DNA of 64,000 nucleotides from Takakia lepidozioides. Lineage: Eukaryota > Plantae > Bryophyta. The notes below the pieces were generated by a model. The model was given only the letters and a program-made list of their open reading frames with translations. It had not been told where the DNA came from and did not search any database. Shown here piece after piece: positions 24,628 to 37,300 of this stretch. The stretch is taken from positions 53,568,001-53,632,000 of the forward strand of contig CM060733.1 in the NCBI GenBank assembly GCA_030704615.1. Reading direction: 5' to 3'. Made by a program: the position numbers and the translations under genes. Numbering within the stretch: the stretch's first letter is position 1; every line of letters starts with the position of its first letter.

Positions 24628-27594
24628 ATGAGATGGGTCTATTCAGTAGCGGGAACCCTCTCCTTCCTCTCAGCAACGTCGTTCCTCATTCAAGGAATCG
24701 TCGTCTCCCTGAGTCATGGAGCCAACGCCATTGGCGACCCGGTAATGGCCGCAGGTTTCGTGCAGAGGGATGGAACACAACTCTTCTTAGATGGAAAGCC
24801 TTACTATATAAACGGGTGGAATTCTTATTGGTTTATGGCCCAGGCAGTGGAAGAGACCACAAGAAAGAGAGTAAGCTCAATGCTTAAGCTGGGAGCTAGC
24901 ATGGGACTAAACGTTTGCCGCACATGGGCTTTCAACGATGCGAGCCACCAAGCTCTCCAGATCTCGCCTGGGAATTACAACGAGTCTGTATTTCAGGTCA
25001 GATCCTCGATATGAACCTCAAAGCAAGTCTTTAAATTGTCATGAGACGATTGCTTGAGGACTTTTAAGTCATGACAGCTCTAGAACGATGTCTGTGTGGT
25101 GTGGCCTGTTTCTTGTCTCAGACTTAAATTATACCATAGACTCTTTATTCTTTCTCAACGTAGGCTATATGCCCGCTTGCACTGGGAGCAACTTGGAGAT
25201 CGAAAGTGAATCTTGAACATTTCTTCTTTCGCTGTCCTTTCCATGGGAGACTCAATTGATTGTCTTTCCGTGATACCCAATCTCTTGATCACGGTCTTCC
25301 ATTATATACGTGGATCAATATTGCTAGGCAGCCTACGTTCGTGAGGCGTTGACTCTGAGAGAATCCCTTGAGTGCTCAACCGTTGAGCACATTTGGGCTG
25401 GCCTCTCTCTCTTTCTTGTTTCTTGCTTTCTCTTGTCCCATGAGCTCTTTGAGCTTTCCGAGGACGTTATAAAGTACCATTGTTTCCTTTCGCAATCAGG
25501 TTTTCCCAAAGGGCAGCTCTTGAAATTTGGATTATATAACAAATGATAGTCCGTAACAGATAATCCAGAACGGAAATTGCACTACACATGTACAATAATG
25601 AATCGAATTCACGGATCTGTACAGCAGGGAGATCAGAGGGCTTACAGAGAATAGAGAATTCATAAGTACACCAAAACCAGACCTCGGTGTTGGTGGACAG
25701 CCATTCGGTCGTCCAGACCTGCACATTAAAACAAGGTCTGCAGCAGGCTTGCAAGCAAGCTTTGATCACTGCTTCACATTTTCGCTAGATACTAGTCAGT
25801 ATACGACGGTGCATTTACAGTTTAATACATATTCAAATTGTCTGATCATAGACTGACCAGAGCTGATAGAGAGTCGTAGAATGAGATTAGCTACATGTCT
25901 GAAATCAATGTGTGATTCCTCCCATCTAATTGATGAACTGACGGACTTGGGGGCACGCATTGTAGGCATTAGACTTCGTGATAGCGGAAGCCCAGAAAAA
26001 TGGAGTGAAGCTGATGCTGAGCCTTGTAAACAACATGGCCGATTACGGTGGAAAGGGTCAGTATGTCGCGTGGGCCCGTGCGGCAGGGGTTCAGGATGTG
26101 CTGCAGGGCTTGAACACTAACGATTCCTTCTACATCAATCCTACAATCCGCGACTACTACAAAAGTCACGTCACGGTACAACTCACAGATTATTTCTCTC
26201 CAGCCCAGTAGATCGATCAGAGAAATTGTTGGGCACCATGTTAGAACTATCATTTAAGTGGAGTCAAGATTTATCGACATCAAATTACCTAGCTACTGGC
26301 TTGCTGCATCCATCACTTGAGATTCATTCCAGGAGCCCTGTATATAATACGAGCAACTAAGTCGTATGCGCCAACGCCACTCTGATCTGACCCTTACCCT
26401 CCCCTTGCAGACAGTGTTGACAAGAGTAAACAGCATAAACAAGGTGCAGTATCGCGACGATCCAACAATCTTTGCATGGGAGCTCATCAACGAGGCACAG
26501 TGTGCTGTCGACCCTTCAGGCCATGCTCTCCAGGTACTATCAAGTTGCACACGCTCTTCCTTTCGCTCTTCCTTTCTTCTCTTGACATCTCCTTGATCTG
26601 TCTGCCATCAGATGTGAGCTGCACTAAGTTATTCTTCCCTATCTAGAAACTCTCATAGATCTTGGGTCGCGTACAGGATGATTGGGAGCTCGCACAATTT
26701 ATGTATATACGAGTAGACCTAGTTGATACTCAAGTGAGATCCGTCCCCCTAGTACATTACCATCCATGAAAGGTAGCTGAGAGTTCTAGTTAATTTCTTC
26801 CCTTGACAAACCTGCGAAACTGGAGCAGGCATGGATCGAGGAGATGGCATCGCACGTGAAAGCCGTGGACAAGAAGCACCTTCTGACGGTCGGGTTAGAA
26901 GGTTTCTATGCACAAGACACCGTGGGGAGAGGCAAGGCGCATCCAAGCTTCAACGCCCCCCTAACAGGCACAGATTTCATACGCAATCACCAGGCGCCCG
27001 GGGTCGATTTTGCAAGTGTACATGTGTATCCGGACCACTGGTAAGTGACTGACTGTCTTCATGCTGCAAGAGAACCCACTGGATTCAAAGCTCCAGTGTG
27101 TGATTTTCTCTAGTGTTGACCACAGAGCTCATGGATCTGCAAGACAACTTGGTTGAATTAATTCTTCTCGCCCCCCTCGCTGCAGGATCCCCTGGGAACA
27201 AATGGCAGAGAAAATGAAGTTCTTTGAAAAGTGGATGACCGTGCACATTGAGGATGCTGCCCAACATCTGAAGCAGCCAGTTCTTTTCTCTGAGTTTGGA
27301 CTCTCTGATCGGCAACCTGGATTTGACATCAAGCACCGCGATGCAATGTTCAAAGCAGCGTATGACAAGATCTACAGGTCAGCGAAGGAGAATGGGGCAG
27401 GAGCCGGGGCCATAGCCTGGCATTTCCTTGACAAAGAACTGGTGGGTTGGGACGATGGGTATGCCGTCTACCCGCTGGAATCTCCATCAACCATAAAAGT
27501 CATGACAGCACAATCCTGTAGATTGCGGACGCTGTTGGATTCGACTATACAATCTAATGATGAGCTGAGCAAGTGCGAGTACGGAATCACATGA
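24628..27594 (+). CDS. MAN: Mannan endo-1,4-beta-mannosidase (GH5 subfamily 7), signal peptide, 5 exons: 24628-24996, 25966-26175, 26411-26533, 26829-27040, 27186-27594
   Basis: GFVQRDGTQLFLDGKPYYINGWNSYW, CRTWAFND, FAWELINE, HLLTVGLEGFY, SVHVYPDHW, PVLFSEFG. All introns are GT-AG and the frame is continuous. Confidence 0.95.
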
Positions 27595-28651
27595 AAAATA
27601 AACCTTGATCACCTCGAACTTTGAATGCGAATTCGCCAAGTGAGAGCTGCAGATGTTGCGTAGAGAATAATCTCCTTTAGTGTGTAGAAGATGTATCGTG
27701 ACCGAATAATTGAGAGGGACTCTTAGAGCTCTACCAGATGGCTCGCTATGCAAGTCTAGAAACTCTAGTCTTGGAAGACTCCCATGAATTCAAAATACAC
27801 GGGTACCTATCTGAAGGTAACAACCCTGCTACATACTCAATCCACCTGCAACAACTTGATCACAAACCTGGGTCCAAGTATATGAAATTACCTGAAGTCA
27901 TATTATCGTCGAGTGATACCTGTTCAAGGTGCACTACTTATCAATGCTCTCAATCGGCAGACCTTGCCGATTCGGGATACGTGTTGCCGGTGCCATATAA
28001 ACAAAAACCAGTCTCTTCTTAAACTGAAATGATTTACAGTAGACCATGTTGGTTGAGAAGAAGTCAAGTCTGTTGGTATATCACTCTTTAAGTTAGGAAT
28101 TCCTACACAATCAAATTGCGGGCATTTAAAACGCAATGAAACAACTGCAGGTCTCACATCTGATGTGTTGAAAGATCCACTCGGGCAAGCAAGCAGAGTC
28201 AGTACACTCTCACCAATGTCACAAGAAAAAAGGCGCAGTATGATAAGGGATTTAAAAGCATATTTACAATTCCCTCCACAACTGAGGACAATGACAAATA
28301 CTCACTTTTAAAAATCTCTATATCTACATACCAAGGCAGTCTCATTTAATGATGGAGCTGCAAAATCTTTGCTTTCTGGTTCTTTAACATTCTTACAAAA
28401 ATTAGGATTAACTGCAAATGTGCAAAAAGGAAAAGACTTGCGGCTGTCCAGCCTTTCTTGCTTGTGCATACAAGCAACACACACAGAAAGTAAAGTACGA
28501 CATTACTGGCTTAAAAAGTGTAGCTAGCAGGAAGATATCTTCTGACCATTACAGAGCATCCATGGAATAGTCATATGGCTGTCAATCAAAACATTCAACT
28601 TCCTTGCTCTGGACACTCCATCACATCTGGACTGGTCGGTAAAACAATGTC

Positions 28652-30783
28652 TTATTCCTCCAGGTCCTCATCCTCAGATTGGTTCTCCCAGAAAGAGCCC
28701 AGAGACTTTCTCAGCATACTGAATGATGTTCCCTCCTGCGCAAGTCGGTGAAAAGGTGTCAGCACTTCCATGGTGACAATCACCTCAATGTTACGAAGAC
28801 AAGGGCATGATTAACCTCTCTATTTTTTAGGCAGCACCCCTGGCAGCACAACTCTGGTCTTCACTTTCTTTGTGGCTCTTCCAAGCTTCACCTGCAAATG
28901 AGACATAGGCAGGAATGCTTAATTCACAGTGCTATGGACAAATGAAACCTGTTTCCTCTTCTTCACCAATCGTTCAGCATCAGCAATCTTTTCTGCACAG
29001 ATCTTTTCCAGTTCAGCAAGAGCTACCTTCTCCTTCTTCCCTGTGACAGCAAATTCAGTGATTGTTATCACTCGTTCCAGTCCTAGGTATTGTCAAACAT
29101 GAACCAAGCAGGAGATCCATCTATGATGCATCAGTCACCACCAGCAATGACTCTCACAATGATCTCCTGCTGTTGTAAACCGGAGTTCCATTACAAACAA
29201 GTTCTTGCTCCTGTAAACATCACCACCATAGAAGATGTCACATTGTACAAAGAGCTTACGTTGCTGCTCATATCGAGCCAGCATTTTCTCTTTGATGTCC
29301 GCAAAATTTGTGAATATGTCTGCAAAATGTGAGCACCAATTGGAAAGTTAGCAGCGGCTCGACAGAATTTTCCACAAATTATATACCTCCATTTTTCTTT
29401 CATCTGCTGCAAGCACTAGTGAAATTCACTATTTCAATGGAGAGGACATACAGAGTGAAAACCAATTCTAGGAGTTGTGAACGCTGACCCTCGTAAGCTT
29501 GAAGGTGTGAGGTTCTGTCCTTGCAGAACTTTTCATAGGCTTCCTGATACTTTGCATCCTCACCCTGTATAGCAGACTCAACCTGCATCATCAAGAACAA
29601 CACCTGTTAGGTGTCTATGCATACAACATTGTCTATAATTAAACATAGTTGAACTGTACATTTCCGACATTTAGTGAAGTTGCATGTTCATGTACCCTGT
29701 TTTTGATAGCAGAATTACTGTCAAATTTAAACTTTATGATGTACAGATTGTTTGAACTTCATGATGCAAAGAGAGGGCATCAGCCTACTGCTTACTTCTC
29801 TGTAAATCTTTGAGGATGCTTTGATGAAATTTTGCCTGTAAGATTTTGAAATTTAAAGCATGAGTGGTGTCACTGGATCAGTTCACGACAAATCAAGATG
29901 GAGCACGTGATCCTTCAATACACGTGCGACCTCACACCTTGGCTGACATACGACATGACACTCCTGTGTGTTACGTCCATTGTGGAGAACCATGAGTGGT
30001 TTAATAGTGTAAGTACAGAGAAGTAATCATCAACACTGAATCCAGAGATTTGAAGGACCGTACCTCTCTTTTTCCGCTTTTCCTTTTGTGCCATCCACCA
30101 AGGATTTGATTTCTGCAGTCACACTGCACATGAACAGGGCATAGTAAGGCCTGTCTTACTTCACAAGGGGAGGCAGTGAACAGATGCAAGTCTAATAGCA
30201 TCTCAAAGACGAGCTCAAAGAAAGAAGTACTATAGGTCGACCTGAACAGAATTGATTGTCAATATTACGAAAGTAACACCAAATGCAGGAGTTTCCACTA
30301 AAGTTACCTTACCGAGCAATGACGATCTCCGACAACTAGTCAGTCCAAAACAAACACCAGGAATGAAACAGACCTGTTCAAGATTTCTTCATTTCTTTTC
30401 TGCCCGTCCGATTTCGCCTTGTGGCGGACGTGTTCAAGAGCTGCAAGAATCCCTTTAATGTCGCTGTACCACGTTGTATCAAGTTGTCAGCAAACCAGAA
30501 ATGCACTGTAGGAACCTAATTCATTGATGTAAACAACTCGGGGGAGAAGGGTGTACATGATTCAAGAGAGAAACATCATAGTAGTAATTCAACACGCCCT
30601 ATCTGCCAAAAGTGTCACCTATCAGCTTAGCGCGTCAGAGATAGTCAGACGAAGTGACCTTGAAAGATCAAGATCCACTTCATCAAGAGCGTTAGGGACT
30701 CCTAAAGCTTCTCCACCGATAGCCTTTTTCACGGTTACTACTTGATCCCTTGACCGCTTCGTGCTTGCTGCCTCCGCTGTCAT
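28652..30783 (-). CDS. ASY4: ASY4-like meiotic chromosome-axis coiled-coil protein, multi-exon
   Basis: Exons translate as MTAEAASTKRSR...DEVDLDLS|SDIKGILAALEHVRHKAKSDGQKRNEEILNS...VESAIQGEDAKYQEAYEKFCKDRTSHLQAYE...KKEKVALAELEKICAEKIADAERLVKKRKQ|EGTSFSMLRKSLGSFWENQSEDEDLEE*. This is colinear with Arabidopsis ASY4 as I recall it (DELDVDVSSDFKGIMSAL...FSILRKTLGSFLE). Confidence 0.8.
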
Positions 30784-31307
30784 GACTGGTGTTTGTACAA
30801 AACAAATCTAAGCTAAATCAGAAACAAAACGAAGTTGGCCTCTTCGACTCGACTGCAAAAGCAACTCGTAGAAGAATACTCTCGCCTGCTTTCAGAAACG
30901 AGCCAATCCACTTTTGCAGGATAATAAGCCAGCAATCACGAAGAAATCAAGCAGAAATCACTCGAGTTTGCCATACAGACCCAGCCAAATCTAAGAAGCA
31001 GCGACTATTCGCGCAAACAATCAAAGGTGTTCTTACTTCCTATTTGTTATAAGCAAGAGGCGTTTGTATAGCCGGGCATGGGACTGGTATGGTTGGTATA
31101 AGGGGAAGGGCAGCCGACGAGGCCCTTCCTTCCGCCGTTTTCGAACGCGAGAACTTACCGCCGTCGTTCAGGAATTCCAAATTCCGAAAGGCCCGCGGTG
31201 TCTTACGTCCTCCATGAAAACTTCACGTCTCAGAAGGTAACGAAGAAATTCCTAGGCGGTCTTTTTATGCCTGGCCAAAACATGGGACACCAATGGGACT
31301 AAAAAGC

Positions 31308-34300
31308 TTTTTTTTTTTTTTTTTGGACAGAAAGGGGGCGGAGGCCCTTTTAATCAAATTAGATGAAATTAGATGAAACAAATGTTTAAAAGCAGTGGAA
31401 AAAATAACCATTGAGGGAGGCCGTGAAGGCTAATTGCGGGGGAACATCCCCCTGACCCTAGCAAGCTTGCTACTGCCGAGAGAAAGAGCTGGAAAAGCAG
31501 AGTGGAGAAAGAAGGGGACTATCGAGCTACGAGCGGCAGGGGATGGGTAAAATCGAATGTAGAGCTAGGAGGGTGTTGTAGGGGTTTGACTCGATAATGA
31601 GGAGAGTGAACCCAAATCTACCAAAGAGCAACAAAGAGAAAGCTTAAGCTTAACTAGAAAATGAGAGTGTAGTTAAGCATCAGACTATAGCTGTCCGGAT
31701 TGCAGTTGAGCGACGATCATGGTGGGACCAAGAGGCTGCAAGGAAATAAGATCTGTGAAGAAGTGGAGCAGGGAAGAAGCCTTTGGAGTGAGTTGATAGT
31801 AGTCGAGGTATCAGAATTTGAGCTGAGTTCTGAACTTGTTGTCGCGGGCTTTTTTATGGCGCCAACTGAATTTCGTTTCCTCCGCCTCACCAGGGGACTT
31901 CCCATTGAGGGGGGATGGCAACCTTCCAAGTAAAGGTTGCGTCGGGAAGACTAGTTCCGAGTATGTTGTTTTTGCCCCATGATTGCTTGAAATCTTGAAG
32001 CAACTGCCTCCCCCGCTGTTCTGAAGTTCTGGGAAGAGCTGCACACATCACATCCCAAGCTTTCCTTCCCTCAGTTAGCAGTTCATGATATATAGAAAAC
32101 AATATCAATCTGGCCCTGGGGGGGTTACCCTCAAAAACCCAGGCACATCTCATTTTCCAGAGATTCCACAGGGCGATTGCTCTTAGAGAAGCCCAAACGA
32201 GGCAGTTGGTCTGAGAAGAGCCAGGCATGAAGTTGAGAAGAAGAAGGAGAGAAGGTGGGGGGGAAGGAAAAGAATTCCAATTCGAGTAGAAAGCGAGAAC
32301 CACCCGCCAGATCCCTTTTGACAGATTGCAGAGTAGGATGGAGTGCTATTGATTCTGGCTCCGCATTGCAGATGGGGCAAAGTGGTTGGTCTTCATGGAT
32401 TTTTTGCCTCACTGGTAGGATTCTGTGAGCAATTTTCCACAAGAAGCCCGAGACTTTTGCTGCCCTATCTTTCCTCCAAACCTCTTTCCAAATTTTGTTC
32501 CAGTCCCTTTGAGTGAATTGATGGTTAGTCCACTTGGAATGCCACTTGGCAATGAAGGACCTGGCAGGGTTGAGTAGAGAATACCCCAACTTGACACTGT
32601 ATACAAAGAAAGGTGAGTGTTTTTTATCCATCCACTTCCACTCCCCTGGATCAAACTAGTGCAAATCTGCCAGAGGGCATTTGAGGAACCAAAAGAAGGA
32701 GTTATGAATAGCCCATTGGAGCTCTTGTCCATGGGGAGGGGCAGGGTTGACCAGGCCTTTCTCGTCCAACACCCGTATGTGGAACAAGTGTGATTTGTCA
32801 GTGTCAGCGAAGCCACGCAGGAGCAGGCTTCCTTCATTATATGCCTAGAACCTAAGACCAGAAGCCAAAGTCTCTCCAAATGATAGCACCAGCATAACCA
32901 GTGTTGGAGCTTGCTGTGAAGAGGCCATCCAGGCTGGGGGCGGCAGGGGCTCTATTCGTACCATCCAGCAGAGGTAGCATATATTGCGGAATATTCTGAA
33001 GAATGGTATTCCAAGCCCTAGAACACCTGGTGCCCATCACTACAGACACATCCGCCTGCAAGAGGAAATGGTTTTGGGATCTGCCATGTGGGTGAAGCCT
33101 TGTTTTTCCTAGAAAGCCCACTTTGGAGACTAGGTAATCAAAATTGATGAGTCCATATTGTAGTTGGCAAAGAGGGCTTGCCTCTCACACTCCTGAGCAG
33201 TAGCTGGCATTCTCTGAGTGAGCCAACCTCTCATCCCCTGCCAGGCTTTCCAGATGGATTGCCATGATTGGGAGCCCATTTTCAGGTTGGCATTTTGGCC
33301 TTGGGCTATCCATCTAAGGGAATTGGCCCAGTGGGGGGAGTTGGATGGAGAAGAGCCCATCAGGTAAGGTTGAATCAGTTTACTCCAGGGGCTAGTTGTG
33401 TCCGTGAGAGCTCTGATTATCCACTTGGCAAGCAGTGCTTTTGTCTGGGATCCAGGGTCAATGATCCTTAAGCCTCCTCTGCTTTTTTTCTGACAAAGCT
33501 TGTCCCAAGACACTTGTGCATGTCTCATTGGGGCTGCGGGGGTTGCACCCCAAATGAAGTTGCGGGTTAGTGCCTTAACCTCCTTTGTAATATCACTGCC
33601 AGGGCACCAAACTGCTGAGTAGAACCATTTTGTACCTAACAAAATCTGATTCGCTACCAAGGCCCTCCCGACGATTGACAACATCGCTGAGCTCCAGTAT
33701 GCCATCTTTTTTTTAATCTTAGCAACCACTTCCTTCATTCTATCTTGTTGGGTCAGGTTGTGACCTATTTGATGTCCCAGAAACTTGTGAGACTGCCCTT
33801 CCATGAGCCAGGTCAAACCGATATCCCGACCCCATGGTTGGCAGTGCGTTGTTGATGCCTCGGCGTGCAAAATTGATAGAATTCCAATTGATTTTTTCCA
33901 ATTGACTTTGAGACCTGTACCCAAGCAAAAAGTCTGCAGAGCTTGCATAGCCTTTTGAATGTTTTCCTAGGTGGAGTTGGCCAACAGCAGCGATGTATCA
34001 TCAGCGTACATAGACACCTTCAGCATCCCAGGTTGCAAGGTAGGAAGGTGAAGCCCTACTATATCATCCCTGTGGTGAAACAGATGGCCCAGCGAATCTG
34101 CTGCAGTTAAAAACAAGAAAGGGGCCAGGGGGCAAGCCTGCCGAACCGACCTTGAGATGGGGAAAGATGGAGAGATAACCCCGTTGACCATGACCCTGCT
34201 GGATGCCGAGTGAAGAAGGATGTGAACCCAGGTGACAAATGGTCCTCCCAACCCTGCTTTCTCCAAAGCCTTCAATAGAAAATTCCAATCAATCGAATCA

Positions 34301-37300
34301 AACGCTTTTTCAAAGTCAAGCATTAAGTAAGCGAGTGGTTGATTACTGATTTATGCTCTTGAAGCGCTTCGTAGGCCAGCAAAATGTTGTCTAGGATCAT
34401 ACGATCATTCGTAACCCTATCTGTTCCCTTCTAATGATCTGTGGCAAGAGGGGCTGCAATCTGAGAGCCAGAGCCTTGGCCAGAATTTTGTAAGTGGAGT
34501 TGAGTGAGGTTATAGGGCGATAGTTTGCCACATTGTCTCTCTGGCCTTTCTTGAAGATTAGAGTAATCAGCCCTTCAGAGATAATCCTTTTCTCCAAGAT
34601 CTCATTCGCCATTGCCAGGAAACTTCCTCCAATTAGCCCCCAAAGCACTTTGAAGAATTCATTTGGTAGACCATCCATACCTGGCGATTTCAAAGGAGCC
34701 ATGGCCTGCACCGCTTTGCCCAATTCCTCCTCGGTGAAGGGGGAAGCCAGGGTGGCCTTGTCATTATCAGAAATCATGCAGGGGATGTGTTGCAGCAGAG
34801 TTTCCGAAGCCCTGTCGGAGGATGTGGTGGCCTGCTGTTTTTGGAACAGGTGCTTAAAATAATCTGCAGCCAGCTTAGCCATCTCCTTAGGGGAATCTGT
34901 GGGCAGGCCTGATGTCGGGTCCAGCAGAGCTGGGACCACAGTAGCCGACTTTCTTTGAGCCGCTTTGATGAAGAAGTATGTGGTCATCTTTTTACCTTTA
35001 AGAGACCAGTTGACACAGGCTTTGACCCTCATGAACTGCTCCCTGTCATGCATCAGCGAGGCAAGGTTCCTCTTAGCCTCCAAGTAAGAGATCATTGTGT
35101 GAGGGCTCTCCTTGCCACATTGCAGCTGATATTGACAGTCTAGACATTTAGTAAGTGCTTTTTGTTTGCGTTTGTTTTCCTCCGCTTTTTTCCTAGAGAT
35201 TTCCTGGCAGAGGTTCCTTGTCGCGGCCCTTTGCCTTGAGGGCAGGGGGTCGGGACACGAGAGGGGCTGCCCCTGTGGTGGGGGCAGTGGCAACAATAGA
35301 TGCAGGGGCTGAAGCACCCTTGAGTGCCCAAGGCACTCAAGGAGGCGGAGGCGCTCACTAGGTGGAGCCCCGCACACTGGGTTGCGGGGGGGGGGGTGGT
35401 TCCACGAGGGGTAGTGGTAGCTTAGTGGGACTTAGTGGGGGTGGCATAGAACTCACCATGGGGGCGGAGACCTTGTGGTGGGAGTCGTGGGGAGTCTTGG
35501 GACTCATCACGGTCCAATGGGACCGTGGTGGGTGGGCCAAGACTCACCACGACTCCTCACCGGGAGTCGAGGGTTTTCGTGGTGGTTCGCCATAAAAGGG
35601 CATGGTTGTTTGTGAAACCCCCGCGGACAGTCACAGAAGTATATATAGGGAGTAGTAACCCCGAGAACGGTGCAAGCCCGTTGGTGACCAAAAGCTAGTG
35701 AGTAAGCGTGCGAGCCGGAAAGCGACCAAGGTGTGGGGAGTTGTTCCGGACTGCCATTGACCAAAGGGAATTTCCACTTGGCCCAAATTGAGATAGGGTC
35801 TCGTGGAGAAGTAAAGGGGGACCGTTATGTCTCGGTGAGCAGCCGAAGCTCCGAGTTGGCCCGGCGGCCAGTTTGGGAGTTAGGCGCGCGCATCAAAGCG
35901 AGTAACTATGACTTGAAGGGGAGCTTACCGAAGTGAGGTGCGCGACATTCCTGAGAAATCAAAGCTTGGAGAGAAAGAGAATGGTTGGTGAGGTAAATAG
36001 AAGGATAGCAAAATCCCAAGCCTCTTTCAGGGACTGGATGACCTTTGGATCCTTGAGAATTGCAGGGTTGAAAACCTCTCCCTTTTGTCTTGGCTCCAGG
36101 GGTAGCTAGGAAGATATTGATAGCCACGTGGTCGAATCCTGGCAATATTGGCTGAATTGGAGTGCGCTTAATCCAGGACAACAGCGTTGAAGTGGCGTAG
36201 AAACGGTCCAACCTGGCTTGGCAGAGATCTAGAGGTTGTTTGACCAAGTATGCTTGAGCTCACGAAGAGCTGGGGCAGTGGCATCCAGCAAGCCCACCGC
36301 CAAACACATGGAGACCCAACAATTCTTTTTAGCTGCAGAGAGCGAATGAGAGTTGGGCCCCTGCCTATCTGAGTCATCTTCAACCATATTCATATCCCCC
36401 CCAATTAGCCAATGCTGAATTTGCGAGTTATGAATCATCTTATCCCTGATGAGAGACCAGAGAGCAATTCTGCCTTCTTCATCCTTGGGGGCATAAATGT
36501 TCAAGACCCCTACACAGCCTAGAGTCTGACCCAGGTTGAGAGAGAGGAATTGAAGATGGCCTCTAAACCAAATCTCGTTTGAGAGGATAGTATGCTGAAG
36601 TGCAGGCAAAATGAGTAATGTTGTGCCTCCCATGGAGTCAACAACTGTAGGATTCCAGAAAGCAGATGCAGCAGGCCAGAGAGTTCCGCCCATAAAGTCA
36701 ATTTTGTGCTGATTTAATTTGTGTTCTTGCAGAAACAGGATGGAGGCACCTCGGACATAGTTGGAGGCCCAGTTTCTGACCCTCGCCCGTTTCGGGCCAG
36801 AATGGTTGGATCCCAAGCCTCTCACGTTCCATGAACAAAGAGAAATATTCATGGTTCCACTGGGGAAGGGCCCATGGATAAACCAAGATTTGATGGCCAT
36901 GAAGATGTGAAGAGATATTTAGAACGCATGTCATTTGGTGGCAGCGTGGACACCCATGTGAACCCTGGCTGGGGGGGGTGCAGCAGAGGTACTAGTTTCC
37001 AGGTGTATACCTTGACTGTTTTCCTTCTTTTGTTCGGCGGGGGTGAGTCCACCATCTCCTCTGGAATTAGAAAGGTGATGGAGTTCTCTGGGAGCGCATT
37101 TGTTGACATGTTGAGCTGGTTCTCCTCCTTTAACACCAATTCCCTGTGGGGATTGGGCTCTGGAATAGGGGAGTCTTTCTGCTTTAGGAAATTGTAATGC
37201 TCCTCCACCAGCAGCAAACCCTCCTCAAAGATTTTTTTGCTTCTAGCCCACTCACTGGGATTCTTCACCCTGCAAGACAAGTATGCTTTTTCCACCCACA

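Noticed and set aside
23975-24676. 233-aa minus-strand ORF
   Set aside because: It overlaps the mannanase promoter and start on the antisense strand and has no recognisable domain; likely spurious.
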